A DNA stretch of 64,000 nucleotides from Candidatus Saccharimonadia bacterium (GCA_041743505.1 JBGTMQ010000021.1:521-64520); one strand, 5' to 3'; positions 9,615 to 19,955 are shown, counted from the first letter of the stretch. A program made the numbers and translations. The notes: a model not told the origin generated them from the sequence alone.

Positions 9615-10952
9615 CTACGGCGTGGCGAGGAGCTGCAACTGGATCTCGTAGTCACCTTCAATGTCCTGGCGCTGCCGGAGGCGGCGTGTGGTGTCCGCCT
9701 TGATCCGATAGAACGTTACCATCGCCTTGTGGTGGGTCGGGTCGCCGTTGTTCCAGACGATTTCCGGCTCGGCAATGACGAAGCCCTTGGCATTGGGCGG
9801 AGCAACCGCCTTGACGTCCTGGACGTCGTAACGGAAAAATCCGTGGTAGCCGCGGATTTCAGTCCGGAACTCAGCCGGCTCGCCGATCTGCTCCATCCCG
9901 GTAACCTGGAACTCAGGCTCGCCGGTGGTCATGGAATGACCCTTCGACGGATACTGTGTGAACCAAGTGTCACCGAGCTGCATCAGCGGCCGGATGCCGA
10001 TCCTCGCACGTCGCGGCAGCGGCACCACTAGCTTTTCCCAGTGCTGAGCCATGAGTTGCCACGTATTCCACCCCGGATGGACCGACGTCATCTCGACGCC
10101 TTCCGGGATGCCGACGAAGCGGCAGCCGTTCCCCCACTCGTGAGCACCGACGTCGCAGGTGAGGCTCTCGTGGTCCCCGTGGTGAACTTGGGCCAGCCGG
10201 CCGATAGACAGGAGGTGCGCCAGAGCGGTACCCTCCTCGACCGGGCGGTGGTATGGGCAGTTGGCCGCATCTCCAATCTGCAGCAGGAACGGATTTTTCC
10301 TGTCCCAATGGTGCGTGAGCAGGCGTAGCCACTGGACGGATTCGTAATTCTGGGGACCTATCGCGTCCCTGAGACCAAGATGGTCCTCAGGCACGATGAG
10401 AAGCTGCTCGTAGTGCCAGTTGCGGGCATGACGAGCGTGGTGGGCGATGTAACTGAGGGCCCTCCGCTTTCCCCCGCAACGAGCGTGGAAAAGCGGGTCT
10501 CTCCGGGCGTCAGCGTGACGAAGGTAACTCAGGAAAGGGTACTCGTAGCGCCGGACGTACGACTCGTAATCGACAATGAAGACTTCGCCGTAGTGGCCGT
10601 CTTCGAGCTTGTGGAACTCCTCGATGGAGATCCGCCCGCCCCGATTGTTGCGCTCCTTGTCGGCGAATTCGTGCCGGTAGGCCGCGACAATGCCGTCACG
10701 TGTTGCCATTGGACCCACACCGTGGGCCACGATGATGATCTTGCGGCCGGAACGGCCGATGCCGACGTACTCCGCCGAGAGCGTGGTGAACCACGTCTCC
10801 CACGGAACACTACCGGGTTCAGTCGCCAGCCGGGCACCGATGATGTCCGGCAAGATAGCGATACGCCCGGCCTGCCCGATGTACTGACGCGACATCTGCC
10901 AAGTCGGCACGAGGCCCTTGCTGTGATAAAACGCCATGGCCTGCTGGCCCAT
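9615..10952 (-). CDS. Hypothetical protein (445 aa, orphan)
   Basis: Long ORF with AAGGAGG SD and its own promoter; no recognised motif. Confidence 0.7.
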   Translation of the reverse strand: MGQQAMAFYHSKGLVPTWQMSRQYIGQAGRIAILPDIIGARLATEPGSVPWETWFTTLSAEYVGIGRSGRKIIIVAHGVGPMATRDGIVAAYRHEFADKERNNRGGRISIEEFHKLEDGHYGEVFIVDYESYVRRYEYPFLSYLRHADARRDPLFHARCGGKRRALSYIAHHARHARNWHYEQLLIVPEDHLGLRDAIGPQNYESVQWLRLLTHHWDRKNPFLLQIGDAANCPYHRPVEEGTALAHLLSIGRLAQVHHGDHESLTCDVGAHEWGNGCRFVGIPEGVEMTSVHPGWNTWQLMAQHWEKLVVPLPRRARIGIRPLMQLGDTWFTQYPSKGHSMTTGEPEFQVTGMEQIGEPAEFRTEIRGYHGFFRYDVQDVKAVAPPNAKGFVIAEPEIVWNNGDPTHHKAMVTFYRIKADTTRRLRQRQDIEGDYEIQLQLLATP

Positions 10953-11142
10953 GATGCATGCCTCCTTCCCCGTTTAGGGGTTTTAGAGGTGGATATGAAG
11001 GTGCCGCACCATTATACCGCTTATTTTCCTGATTGGTGGACCTACGCTAGGCAGTTATCGGGGGTGAACCAAGGGGATCTTTTCGTGACTGATTATCTCC
11101 GATGCCAAAGGCAAAAAGTTGCAGCCTTGGTATAATCTGCTT

Positions 11143-13071
11143 ATGCTAATCAAGCTAGACGAACTAAGGATGCTGCTGGGTCAATGGCATCCGAACGTCT
11201 TTAATCTCGCGAATCGACGCACGGCGCTGGTTGCAGGAATAATTTGCTGCCTGTTTTATGCTGGCTTGTTTGCTTTACCCAAGCGGGTAAGTTTCTCATA
11301 TGCAACTCCGACTTGCACTGGGGAGTTGGCGTTGTTGCCAGGTATGCACCGGGCGGTTGACGATGGGAAATTCAAGCTTGAGCACCGAGGTGGACTATCG
11401 GTGGGCAAGCTGAAACTTGCCTCCACCAAGATTTGTTTTGTCCCGAACGCTGCGCCCAGGCAAGGCGTGGTGCGGATGGCCAGCGCGCCGTTTGGAGGCT
11501 GGATGTTTAGGGGGCGATATGACGTGGCGGTGGGTGATGCGCCGCGAGTATTGGGCGCCGTGCGGCCAGCTCAGGCGTTAAGCCAGCCAGTGGAACTGGC
11601 GCTCAGCCAGCGCGACACGGTGTTTCGTTATTCTTTGTATGCAGATGGTAAAGCCCAGCCGTGCATCGTGAAGTCGGCACGGCTGATGTGTGGCGTTGAC
11701 AGACTTGGGCTCAAGCAAGGGACTGAATACGCGCTCAAGCTGCAGCGCTGGTTTGGCGACACAAAGGCCGGGGAAGCCAGCGTGGTCCAGATTACTATAC
11801 TGCCGGCCATTAAGGTAATTGGGGCATCAGTTAGACCCGACGAGCTAGTTTATACCAAGCCAAGAAGCTTGGATGTAGCACTTGATAAGCCGCCAGTGAC
11901 AGCTGCGGCCAAGCTTGAGCTGCTAGACGGGGACAAGGTGGCGCCGGTGAACGCCCGGGTGAAGGTGGATGGTGTGCGGGTGCTTTTGGCGTGGGATGAG
12001 GACCTGCCGCGCGAGAAAACATTCCGGCTGACGCTGACGGGCGCTGTGGCCGCGGACGGCAGCTTGCTCGACGGCGCATACAGCCTTAATTTCCGGACCT
12101 CCGGCGGCCCCACGGTGCTGGGCGTGAATATTGGGGGGGCCGGGGTGGCGGGTGATGCGCGGGTGGTGGTGACATTTGACCAGACATTATCCAAGGACAT
12201 TGATATTGCCCGCCTGGCCGGGGTGAGCGGTGGAGGCGCCATTATCTCGAGACAAGGCAAACAGGTGGTGTTCGCGTTGCGTGGCATTCCACCTTGCGGG
12301 GCGTTTACCTTGAACATTGCTCCGGGATTAGTGAGCGAAGACAGTGTAGCTTCGGGTCAAGGCTGGTCGCATGCTTCACGCATAAACTGCCGTTCAACCC
12401 GCACTATCGGCTACTCGGTTAGGGGCCGGCCAATCCAGGCGTACTTTTATGGAAGCGGCCCGACAACGGTTCTGTTTACCGGGGGCATCCACGGCGACGA
12501 GGCGAGCGGCACATACATTATGCAAGACTGGGCGTCGCACCTTGACGTGAACGGCTACAAGATACCGGCCGGTAAGCAGGTGGTGATAGTACCAAACCTC
12601 AACCCAGACGGTATCGCCCTGGGCCGGCGCTATAACGTAAACAACGTCAACATTGACCGCAACTTCCCGTCGAGCGACTGGATATCTGACATATCGCTGG
12701 TGAACGGGCAGGTGTTGCCGCGCGGCGGTGGTGTTGTCCCGTTATCGGAGCCGGAGACGAAGGCTATCGCCGACCTAACCAGCAGCCTGCAGCTGAGAGC
12801 CGCGATTTCGTATCATGCCTCGGGTGCGGTGGTTGGGGCCAACAAAGTGGCTGATTCGGTGGCTATTGGCAGCCGGTACGCTGCGGGTGCGGGCTACGGG
12901 ACGGTGTTTTATGACCCGGAAGCGACGTTCGGATACACCTTAACCGGCGAGTACGAGACGTGGATTGGCGAGAAGCTTGGCGCTCCGGCCATACTGATCG
13001 AGCTGCCGACTAAGGGTGGGCGCTATTTCTCCCGTCACCTAAACATGCTTTGGAGTATGGTTAGCTTGTAG
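11143..13071 (+). CDS. Membrane-anchored M14 zinc carboxypeptidase (MpaA-like) with Ig-like domains
   Basis: N-terminal TM; beta-rich middle; GYSVRGRPI, GGIHGDE, NPDG, NIDRNFP, SEPET, ISYH, LIEL. Confidence 0.85.
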   Translation: MLIKLDELRMLLGQWHPNVFNLANRRTALVAGIICCLFYAGLFALPKRVSFSYATPTCTGELALLPGMHRAVDDGKFKLEHRGGLSVGKLKLASTKICFVPNAAPRQGVVRMASAPFGGWMFRGRYDVAVGDAPRVLGAVRPAQALSQPVELALSQRDTVFRYSLYADGKAQPCIVKSARLMCGVDRLGLKQGTEYALKLQRWFGDTKAGEASVVQITILPAIKVIGASVRPDELVYTKPRSLDVALDKPPVTAAAKLELLDGDKVAPVNARVKVDGVRVLLAWDEDLPREKTFRLTLTGAVAADGSLLDGAYSLNFRTSGGPTVLGVNIGGAGVAGDARVVVTFDQTLSKDIDIARLAGVSGGGAIISRQGKQVVFALRGIPPCGAFTLNIAPGLVSEDSVASGQGWSHASRINCRSTRTIGYSVRGRPIQAYFYGSGPTTVLFTGGIHGDEASGTYIMQDWASHLDVNGYKIPAGKQVVIVPNLNPDGIALGRRYNVNNVNIDRNFPSSDWISDISLVNGQVLPRGGGVVPLSEPETKAIADLTSSLQLRAAISYHASGAVVGANKVADSVAIGSRYAAGAGYGTVFYDPEATFGYTLTGEYETWIGEKLGAPAILIELPTKGGRYFSRHLNMLWSMVSL

Positions 13072-13136
13072 AGGTTTTAACAAAAGCGGCCACCCCAGGG
13101 ATTCCGGGGCGGCCGTATGTAGATATGTGAAGCACT

Positions 13137-13760
13137 TCAGGGTTTGAGTTGAGGAGGGTCGGGCGATAGATCGGGGTCGCTATGAACGAAGTTCATTGGG
13201 CTGGCCATTTCCAGATCGGCTAGAGCCTGGATGCCGGCCGCGTCACCGTAGTTCTCACAATCCGCCACCAGCTCGCCTTCGTGATTGCGCACCTCGATAG
13301 CCAGGCCGGTGTCGCGCACCAGCCAACCGCCCGGGCTGCGCTTTAGCTGGGCCCGGATGAGCGCAAAGGCGATGGCTTGCCAGCGGCCTTCCGGCGCCCG
13401 CTGGCGCATCTCGCGGTCTTCCTGGTTCAGTGCATCGCACCGGTCGCGAACGTTCGAGATGTTGCCGTCCTCCCATACCTTGGCGCCGGTCAGGCAGTCA
13501 AAGATGTAGGGATTGGTTACCTGGGCGCGAGCCTCCCGGTTTAGCGCATCCGCATGGGAGTAGGCTTGGGTCCTGGAAGGGGAACTAAAATCGCTACCTT
13601 GTACTTGGTAAACGATATTGGTGGTCTCTGAATCAAACACGATCCAGTAGTAGTCGTAATCCAGCCACTTGTTTACGACCCGATACCGATCGGGCGGCGC
13701 CTCGGCGGCCCGCACAACATACCGTGGTTTGATGGTGGCTTTTTTCTTGAATAGGAACAT
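13137..13760 (-). CDS. Hypothetical protein (orphan)
   Basis: ORF with GAGGTG SD, promoter and a downstream hairpin at 13086-13114. Confidence 0.65.
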   Translation of the reverse strand: MFLFKKKATIKPRYVVRAAEAPPDRYRVVNKWLDYDYYWIVFDSETTNIVYQVQGSDFSSPSRTQAYSHADALNREARAQVTNPYIFDCLTGAKVWEDGNISNVRDRCDALNQEDREMRQRAPEGRWQAIAFALIRAQLKRSPGGWLVRDTGLAIEVRNHEGELVADCENYGDAAGIQALADLEMASPMNFVHSDPDLSPDPPQLKP

Positions 13761-13838
13761 CCTTCACCTCGCGGGAGTAGGCCAAGCGTGGACTTCAATG
13801 TTATACCATTGAATGATGTGATTGTAAATTACGTTGAG

Positions 13839-15467
13839 CTATTTTGTTTTGTATTTGGCGGCTTTTTCTGCGGCTCTTCTCGCGTATTCTTCCTCGGCTC
13901 TTTCCATCAGGACCCGAAGTGAATCTTCATGAGTGCGATAATACTCTATGCCCTCTTCGACCGTGGTGATCTGGCCACCGAGTTGCGCGTCGTAGAGAGA
14001 TTCAAGCACAGGCTTAAATGACGGCCCAGGTGTTAGGCCCAGCCACATGATTAAATCGTGCCCCTGCACGACAGGTTTGGCGGGCTTTTCCGATACCTGC
14101 AGGACGAGTGAGCGCTCATAAATACTCCAGGAAGCCGTTCTGTCTCTATACGGACCGCCCGTCCCGTTGGCATCACTGCGAGAAACTAGATCCCACAGCC
14201 GAATATTGGCAGGCTGCAGGCGCTGAGAAAACTTTTGGAGCGCTTTGTCGGTCGGTTCGGGATTATGAACATGATACAAATGGTCCCTTACAATTGGCAC
14301 AACTTTAGCTAAAACATCATTTTTAATTTTCAAACCCGCGAGAAAGCTTTTGGTGGGTTCGACGCCGGCGCCCTCATGGCCGTGAGCCGTAATTCTGACG
14401 ACACCGTGCTTTTCCCGTTGTTCGGTAGTAGTGGCTTTTCCGAGGTCATGGCAAAGCGCGCCATATAGGACGACCAACTTTTCGTCACCGGTTAGTCCTT
14501 CGCGACGGACGACTTCGGCGGCAGCGTCGGCTACAAGCTTAGTGTGGTTCCAAACATTGCCTTCGGGGTGCCAATCCGGCTCTTGTTCGATTTGGCTGAG
14601 CACCTCTAATTCGGGGTGAAGCTGGGACAGTACCCCCAACTCTTTAGCTACCTCTAGCCCGATACTGGGCCGGGGAGATTTGGTCATAAGTTTATTCCAC
14701 TCGTCACCGATACGTTCAGCAGGCAACTCTGCTAAGTCCAACGACCGGCATATTTCAGCCGTCTGGGGGTCAACTTTAAAACCGAACCGGCCGGCAAATT
14801 GCATAACGCGCAATACACGCAGCGGGTCATCGCCAAACAGTTCCGGATCGGTAGCGCGTAGTACGCCGTCTTTGAGGTCCTGGAGACCACCATACTCATC
14901 AATGAGCTCTCCGGTGAGGGGATTTAATGCCAAGGCATTGATGGTGAGATCCCGGCGCCGGGCCGCATCTTTGACAGACATTTCCGGATTTCCTGTGACC
15001 TGAAATCCCTTATGACCCCGGTCAACTTTTGAATCTTCGCGGGGAATGGAGAAGTCCAGAATACTGCCCGTTTCCGGGTTGGTAACCTTGGCGATGCCAA
15101 AGCTTGCCCCTACCAGGTCGACGCGGCCCAGCGCTTCGAGCTGTTGCACCATGGCGTCAAACGGCAAGCCATAGACTTCCACATCGATATCCTTTGAGGT
15201 CTGAGGATTGCCGGTAATGCGCTCAAGGGCCGCATCCCGGGCGTACCCGCCGACCGCCAGCGCCAACCCCCCGCTTTCGCGTACCGCCGTAGTGATCTGA
15301 GTGCAAAACCCCAGATCACTAGCAAAGTCCGGCTCCACCTCCCGCTTAGCACGGTCGGCAAAGGTTTGATGATTTAGCTCTAGGGCTGCCTCGTGTAGGG
15401 CTGCGTAGTCTATGCTGCTGGGGCCATTGTCGCCTTGATTGGCCTCGCCGTGCTCTGGTTTATCCAT
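13839..15467 (-). CDS. cca: CCA tRNA nucleotidyltransferase with HD domain
   Basis: VGGYARD, DIDVEV, RRDLTINA, DDPLRVLR, HPEGNVWNHT, LCHDLGK. Confidence 0.88.
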   Translation of the reverse strand: MDKPEHGEANQGDNGPSSIDYAALHEAALELNHQTFADRAKREVEPDFASDLGFCTQITTAVRESGGLALAVGGYARDAALERITGNPQTSKDIDVEVYGLPFDAMVQQLEALGRVDLVGASFGIAKVTNPETGSILDFSIPREDSKVDRGHKGFQVTGNPEMSVKDAARRRDLTINALALNPLTGELIDEYGGLQDLKDGVLRATDPELFGDDPLRVLRVMQFAGRFGFKVDPQTAEICRSLDLAELPAERIGDEWNKLMTKSPRPSIGLEVAKELGVLSQLHPELEVLSQIEQEPDWHPEGNVWNHTKLVADAAAEVVRREGLTGDEKLVVLYGALCHDLGKATTTEQREKHGVVRITAHGHEGAGVEPTKSFLAGLKIKNDVLAKVVPIVRDHLYHVHNPEPTDKALQKFSQRLQPANIRLWDLVSRSDANGTGGPYRDRTASWSIYERSLVLQVSEKPAKPVVQGHDLIMWLGLTPGPSFKPVLESLYDAQLGGQITTVEEGIEYYRTHEDSLRVLMERAEEEYARRAAEKAAKYKTK

Positions 15468-15574
15468 AATTGCAGTATACGATATTGTCAAATAGCGGCT
15501 TGGTGTAACCAAAGATAGAGGCGGCCATTGTGTTAGCGGGTGTAACTAAAATTGAAGCCGGTAGTATTTTTAGT

Positions 15575-16171
15575 ATGAGGAAATTAATCGTACTAACATT
15601 CTTATCACTTGACGGCGTCATGCAGGCCCCAGGCGGCAAAGGCGAAGACCCCTCGGATGGGTTTGATCTGGAAGGATGGTCGTTTCCCTTCTTCGACGAG
15701 GCTATGGGCGTTGAGATGAGCAAGCAAATGGGTCAGCCGTTCGACCTGCTGCTGGGCAGAAAGACGTACGAAATATTTGCTGCCTACTGGCCGAAGCATG
15801 GTGATGCCAACCCTTTTTTTATTACGCCTAAGAAATATGCCGTCTCGAACGGGTCCGTTAATACCGACCGGGAAGAGACCATTCAGATAAAGGGCGATGT
15901 GGTCGAGGAAATAAAGAAACTAAAGCAACAAGACGGCCCCATGCTGCAGGTGCACGGAAGCAGTAATCTCATCCAGACTCTATTGGCGCATGATTTAGCC
16001 GACGAGTTGTGGCTCAAAACGTTCCCCGTTACGCTTGGTAAGGGCAAGCGGTTGTTTGGCGAGGGCACCAGGCCCGCGGCATTCAAGCTTGCGGAATCAA
16101 AGGTATCGCCGAGTGGCGTGATAATTGCTTCCTATAAAAGAGATGGCGAAGTAAAGCTCGGCTCTTTTTAG
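15575..16171 (+). CDS. Dihydrofolate reductase / RibD C-terminal family protein
   Basis: SLDGVMQAPG, LLGRKTYE, HGS, DE.WL...PV.LGKGKRLF. Confidence 0.9.
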   Translation: MRKLIVLTFLSLDGVMQAPGGKGEDPSDGFDLEGWSFPFFDEAMGVEMSKQMGQPFDLLLGRKTYEIFAAYWPKHGDANPFFITPKKYAVSNGSVNTDREETIQIKGDVVEEIKKLKQQDGPMLQVHGSSNLIQTLLAHDLADELWLKTFPVTLGKGKRLFGEGTRPAAFKLAESKVSPSGVIIASYKRDGEVKLGSF

Positions 16172-16221
16172 ATTGAAGAGAGGGGCAGTTACGCCCCTCT
16201 CAGCGTGAACCTGAGTAGCTG

Positions 16222-16470
16222 CTACCAGTGAAAAGCCCGCCACTCCGCTACTTGCATGGCTTTGTCCAGGCGGAGGTTGTAGACTTCCATGATTTTCTGC
16301 ATGTTCTTGCCATCATATTCCTGGGCGACTTCGCGAGCGTCCTTGCCTGCTTCTACAAACACTGGGTAGTACTCGTAGTCGAAGTTGTCGCGGACGACAA
16401 TCAGGTGGGTTGCTCCCTGGCCGACGCCTCTGTCGAACCACTCTGTGATTTCTGACTTGGTAGTGACCAT
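16222..16470 (-). CDS. Small hypothetical protein (phage-like)
   Basis: MVTTKSEITEWFDRG...GATHLIVVRDNFDYEYYPVFV; GGAG SD; terminator at 16177-16201. Confidence 0.65.
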   Translation of the reverse strand: MVTTKSEITEWFDRGVGQGATHLIVVRDNFDYEYYPVFVEAGKDAREVAQEYDGKNMQKIMEVYNLRLDKAMQVAEWRAFHW

Positions 16471-16691
16471 TGCTTTCTCCCTAGGGCTGTGACGGAGGTA
16501 GAAAACAAAAACACGGCTATCAAGGTCCTGTCGACCTTGTAATAACCGCAATGGACGCTCTGGTGAGCCGCTGACCTATTACAGCTTTATTGTTGCACTT
16601 TTGTTATTAGTACACAAGCATTGGTGAGATGGAGAAGCAGCAAGTCTGGCGATATATTGACTATTCTTGTGATATGTTCTATAATTATACG

Positions 16692-17282
16692 ATGAGTACC
16701 TCACCGTTGCTGAAGGTTGATGATACCCACGTACAACAGAGATTGAAGGAGGTGCTGGGGCAAGTCGATGCCCTACAGCCCAACTTGGGCGACCACGAAT
16801 TCCTCTCCCGGACCAGCGCTAACGGATGCGAAGAGCGTATGCGCTTCGGCGACACGGTCTACCCCCAGCTGATCCTATCAGAGCTCCGGAGCGGCCAGAT
16901 CACTGACGGTCGAATGTCCGGCGTGAAGTTTGACTTCTTCGTGCATAACGAAGACGGCTCCAGTTGCAACGCGCACCAGTCGATTGCCAGCGCGGAGCTG
17001 GTGACTGTCACGGTGGCTCCCCACGAGGATGGCAGCTGGACCTCGGTCACCGATACCACTATCGTCCGGCTCAGCCGTATGTATAGTTCGGGTGATCAAA
17101 GCAACAACGCCTTGAGCGCAGTGCGGTCTCGCACCGTCAAGACCGAGGTGCATGGGCAGAACCATAGAGTCACCTCGACGACGACCGAGACGTCCAGCCA
17201 CGCTCTACTGGAGACGCTTGAGGAGCTCGATGAGGTCTTGGCCGCATTCATGGTCTTTGCCCGGGCCAACCTTACTATCTAG
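16692..17282 (+). CDS. Hypothetical protein
   Basis: Leaderless start (TATAAT + 6 nt + ATG). Confidence 0.6.
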   Translation: MSTSPLLKVDDTHVQQRLKEVLGQVDALQPNLGDHEFLSRTSANGCEERMRFGDTVYPQLILSELRSGQITDGRMSGVKFDFFVHNEDGSSCNAHQSIASAELVTVTVAPHEDGSWTSVTDTTIVRLSRMYSSGDQSNNALSAVRSRTVKTEVHGQNHRVTSTTTETSSHALLETLEELDEVLAAFMVFARANLTI

Positions 17283-17543
17283 CCCGACCCCTTGGCCCTG
17301 TTGATGGATGCGCAGGCTTCATCAACAGGGCCCCGAAAACTAGCCCTACCGACAGGAGACCTCGCGGTCTCTTTTTTAGAGTGCCAGCTGTTCCAATTTG
17401 GGAACATAGTTAAGACGGGCGGTGAACTACTGCGAATCGAGTTGGGACTGCGGATCATTAGGGAAGAGGTCGAGCATCTTAGCGCGAAAGAACAATGATG
17501 ACCTCCAGCTATTAGCTGAAGGTCATTTGATATGCAGAGCATT

Positions 17544-18128
17544 CTAGCGCACTACCCGCATCCAGTCGTGGCCGAATTGGCCTTCGTCCCAGGGGCAGAC
17601 TGATTTAACCCAGAGCTGTCCGGGATCAGGCGCTCCTGTATCTGGATGGACGTTCTTGACGTAGATGACAATCTGGCAATTGGTGAAATACTTGTACGGC
17701 TTCTCGTACATGAGAGGATAGCGTGAACCAGTGAGGCCTTCACGATAGGCTCGAACCATCCGCATGGTGCCGCCGTGAGACACAACTACCCGATCGCTAC
17801 CCGTATCATTGGTGTCCCAATCTTCACAGGCGGCTGCCACCCGATCGTACACTCCCTGCCAGGGTCCGAATTCTCGCGGCTCATGGTGCCCCCGCCAATC
17901 GACTTCAGTCATTCGCATATCCGTGGACCATTCGATGCCGGGAAGGGCAAGTGAGTGAGCGGTTTCCACGGCTCGGCGTAATTCTGAGTGGATGCCTACG
18001 CGGAAATCCTGCTGGAAGTGAGTTTGTAGGTACTTGGCGGCGGCCTTCGCTTGCCGCTTGCCTTCCGCCGTCAGGCCCCAGCCGGTTTCGGCTGACGCTT
18101 GGCCGTGGCGAACGTGGATTTCAACCAT
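17544..18128 (-). CDS. Histidine phosphatase (phosphoglycerate mutase family)
   Basis: VRHGQ, LTAEG..QA, S.L.RA.ETA, VVSHGG. Confidence 0.9.
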   Translation of the reverse strand: MVEIHVRHGQASAETGWGLTAEGKRQAKAAAKYLQTHFQQDFRVGIHSELRRAVETAHSLALPGIEWSTDMRMTEVDWRGHHEPREFGPWQGVYDRVAAACEDWDTNDTGSDRVVVSHGGTMRMVRAYREGLTGSRYPLMYEKPYKYFTNCQIVIYVKNVHPDTGAPDPGQLWVKSVCPWDEGQFGHDWMRVVR

Positions 18129-18171
18129 GCCGACCAGATTAACAGAAAACAGCGGCTTCGCAAAGTAGGAT

Positions 18172-18633
18172 TCAGGTAAGATCTTTATTTATCTTTGTGT
18201 ACTCTTTCACGTTACCAGCAAAACGTGTTAAAAAATCAGCTATAGTTTCAAGTTCTTTGTCTGTATAACTAGCTATTAGTTCATCTTGTCGTTTCCGAAT
18301 ACCCGCAAGCATTGGCCTGAGTATTTCCGCTAAATTCTGATTAACCTCAATCAGCACACCGCGTCTGTCTTTCGGGTTTGGTTTCCGTTTGATGAGCTTA
18401 GCTTTCTCTAACCGGTCAAGCATTGCCGTCGTTGAGCCAGTAGTGAGGCCGGTATGGCGGGCAAGTTCTGTAGGGGTTGAGATACCCTTAAGAAATAGGA
18501 GGTCAAGGCACTCCATATCAGCAACGTTCAGGCCTAGCTTTCTACTTGTTGCATTACGAAGTAAAACAGAGCACATATTGTACTCCCCGAGGGCTATAAC
18601 TACTTGTATTTCTAAATCCTGCTTTGAATCCAC
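18172..18633 (-). CDS. MarR-family regulator
   Basis: PTELARHTGLTTGSTTAMLDRLE...DRRGV. Confidence 0.9.
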   Translation of the reverse strand: MDSKQDLEIQVVIALGEYNMCSVLLRNATSRKLGLNVADMECLDLLFLKGISTPTELARHTGLTTGSTTAMLDRLEKAKLIKRKPNPKDRRGVLIEVNQNLAEILRPMLAGIRKRQDELIASYTDKELETIADFLTRFAGNVKEYTKINKDLT

Positions 18634-18720
18634 GATAAAATCTCATTGACAGATAGCTTTAATATCAAGTATTATGATTATATAATAACACTATAATGAT
18701 TGCAATAGAAAGGGTACATT

Positions 18721-19116
18721 ATGAAAATCTCATATACTAAAATATTCGTTGACGACCAAGACAAAGCATTGAAGTTTTATACCGAAAGCTTAGGCTTTGT
18801 GAAGAAAACTGACATCACCAATGAAGGCTACAGGTGGCTCACCGTTGTTTCGCCTGAGAATCAAAATGGCACCGAGCTTGTACTTGAAAAGAATGACGAC
18901 CCAGCAGCAAAGACATACCAAAAAGCGATCTTTGAGCAGGGTAGCGACGCCGCAAATTTTGACGTGTCTGATGTTCACGCAGAGTATGAACGATTGAAGA
19001 AGCTCGGTGTGAAGTTCACGATGGAGCCAACGGAAGTAATGGAGGGTGTGACTATAGCCGTCCTCGATGACACCTGTGGTAACTTGATACAAATACAACG
19101 AACGGGGCAAAAGTAA
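18721..19116 (+). CDS. VOC/glyoxalase family protein
   Basis: VDDQDKALKFYTESLGF...DDTCGNLIQI; divergent from MarR. Confidence 0.9.
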   Translation: MKISYTKIFVDDQDKALKFYTESLGFVKKTDITNEGYRWLTVVSPENQNGTELVLEKNDDPAAKTYQKAIFEQGSDAANFDVSDVHAEYERLKKLGVKFTMEPTEVMEGVTIAVLDDTCGNLIQIQRTGQK

Positions 19117-19224
19117 GCTGTTCAGCTGGAAAGTAACGCACGTGGGGCATGCTAACATATTCTCATTTGAGAACTCCTCGCAGAGCGAGGAGTTTGTTTT
19201 CGCCTAAACCGTGTGGCGCCGGGA

Positions 19225-19455
19225 TCAGTGCAGGTCTTTACGGGCTTTGTCTACTTCGGCCTGTAGTAGTACTATCTGTCGACGCATTGACTGAAACCGA
19301 GGGTTGTCGCGGCGATTCTCAATCACCCGCCACAGGCCTTCTACCAGTAGCTCTGTCATAGTGCCGCCTTCGACGGCTAAAATCGCTTCGAGTTCAGTCC
19401 TTTCTTCTTCGGTGGCCCTCAAACGAAGGGCATCTTCACTTCGTTTGACTTGCAT
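19225..19455 (-). CDS. Small ribbon-helix-helix-like DNA-binding protein
   Basis: LRLRATEEERTELEAILAVEGGTMTELLVEGL fits a beta-alpha-alpha pattern. Confidence 0.45.
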   Translation of the reverse strand: MQVKRSEDALRLRATEEERTELEAILAVEGGTMTELLVEGLWRVIENRRDNPRFQSMRRQIVLLQAEVDKARKDLH

Positions 19456-19616
19456 GCGATGACAATAGTCAGAATGCACGAAATGACTATACCAAGCGGC
19501 GGGGTATTTTCAAGTGCTCTGGACGTACCTTAATACAGCAAAGCGCCTCGCCGACCCGAAGGCCGGCGAATGCGGCGCTTGCTGGGTTGGCGAGGCGATA
19601 GTTGGAACTGGGTTAC

Positions 19617-19955
19617 TTACTCGGTGCCGTCATAGGTACGTGACGCCTTACTGGGGCGTTGGTCGAGGAATTCCGAGACGGATTTTTCAACGAGTCCCTG
19701 GTCGTGAGCGCGCCGGTAGGCAACGGTGAGCGTCCTGTCGAACCCAACTAAAGTCAGACCCGAGATGTAATCACCTTCAATGCCGTAGCGGGCGATGATT
19801 GTTTCGCCGAAGCTATGGGCGTCGACAGGGTGGTAGTAGAGGTCGAACTTGTCGCTGGTGTCCGGGTTGGTGTAGGTTCCGAGGAACACACAGGTGTTAC
19901 AGTCATGCTCGTAATGCGGAGGGACTGCGGAGGGTACTGCCGGGTTATTGGCCAT
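19617..19955 (-). CDS. Hypothetical protein (HDCxxC motif, phage-like)
   Basis: PHYEHDCNTCVFLG..DLYY..IARYG; leaderless start; long terminator hairpin at 19543-19596. Confidence 0.65.
   Translation of the reverse strand: MANNPAVPSAVPPHYEHDCNTCVFLGTYTNPDTSDKFDLYYHPVDAHSFGETIIARYGIEGDYISGLTLVGFDRTLTVAYRRAHDQGLVEKSVSEFLDQRPSKASRTYDGTE

Noticed and set aside
10380-11135. 251-aa plus-strand ORF and other long antisense ORFs (e.g. 1426-1953, 28239-28742, 34180-34716, 45563-46033)
   Set aside because: Shadow frames opposite better-supported genes, with no motifs or expression signals.
17279-17542. Short ORFs between the hypothetical gene and the histidine phosphatase
   Set aside because: No motifs or initiation signals, and competing ORFs occur on both strands.
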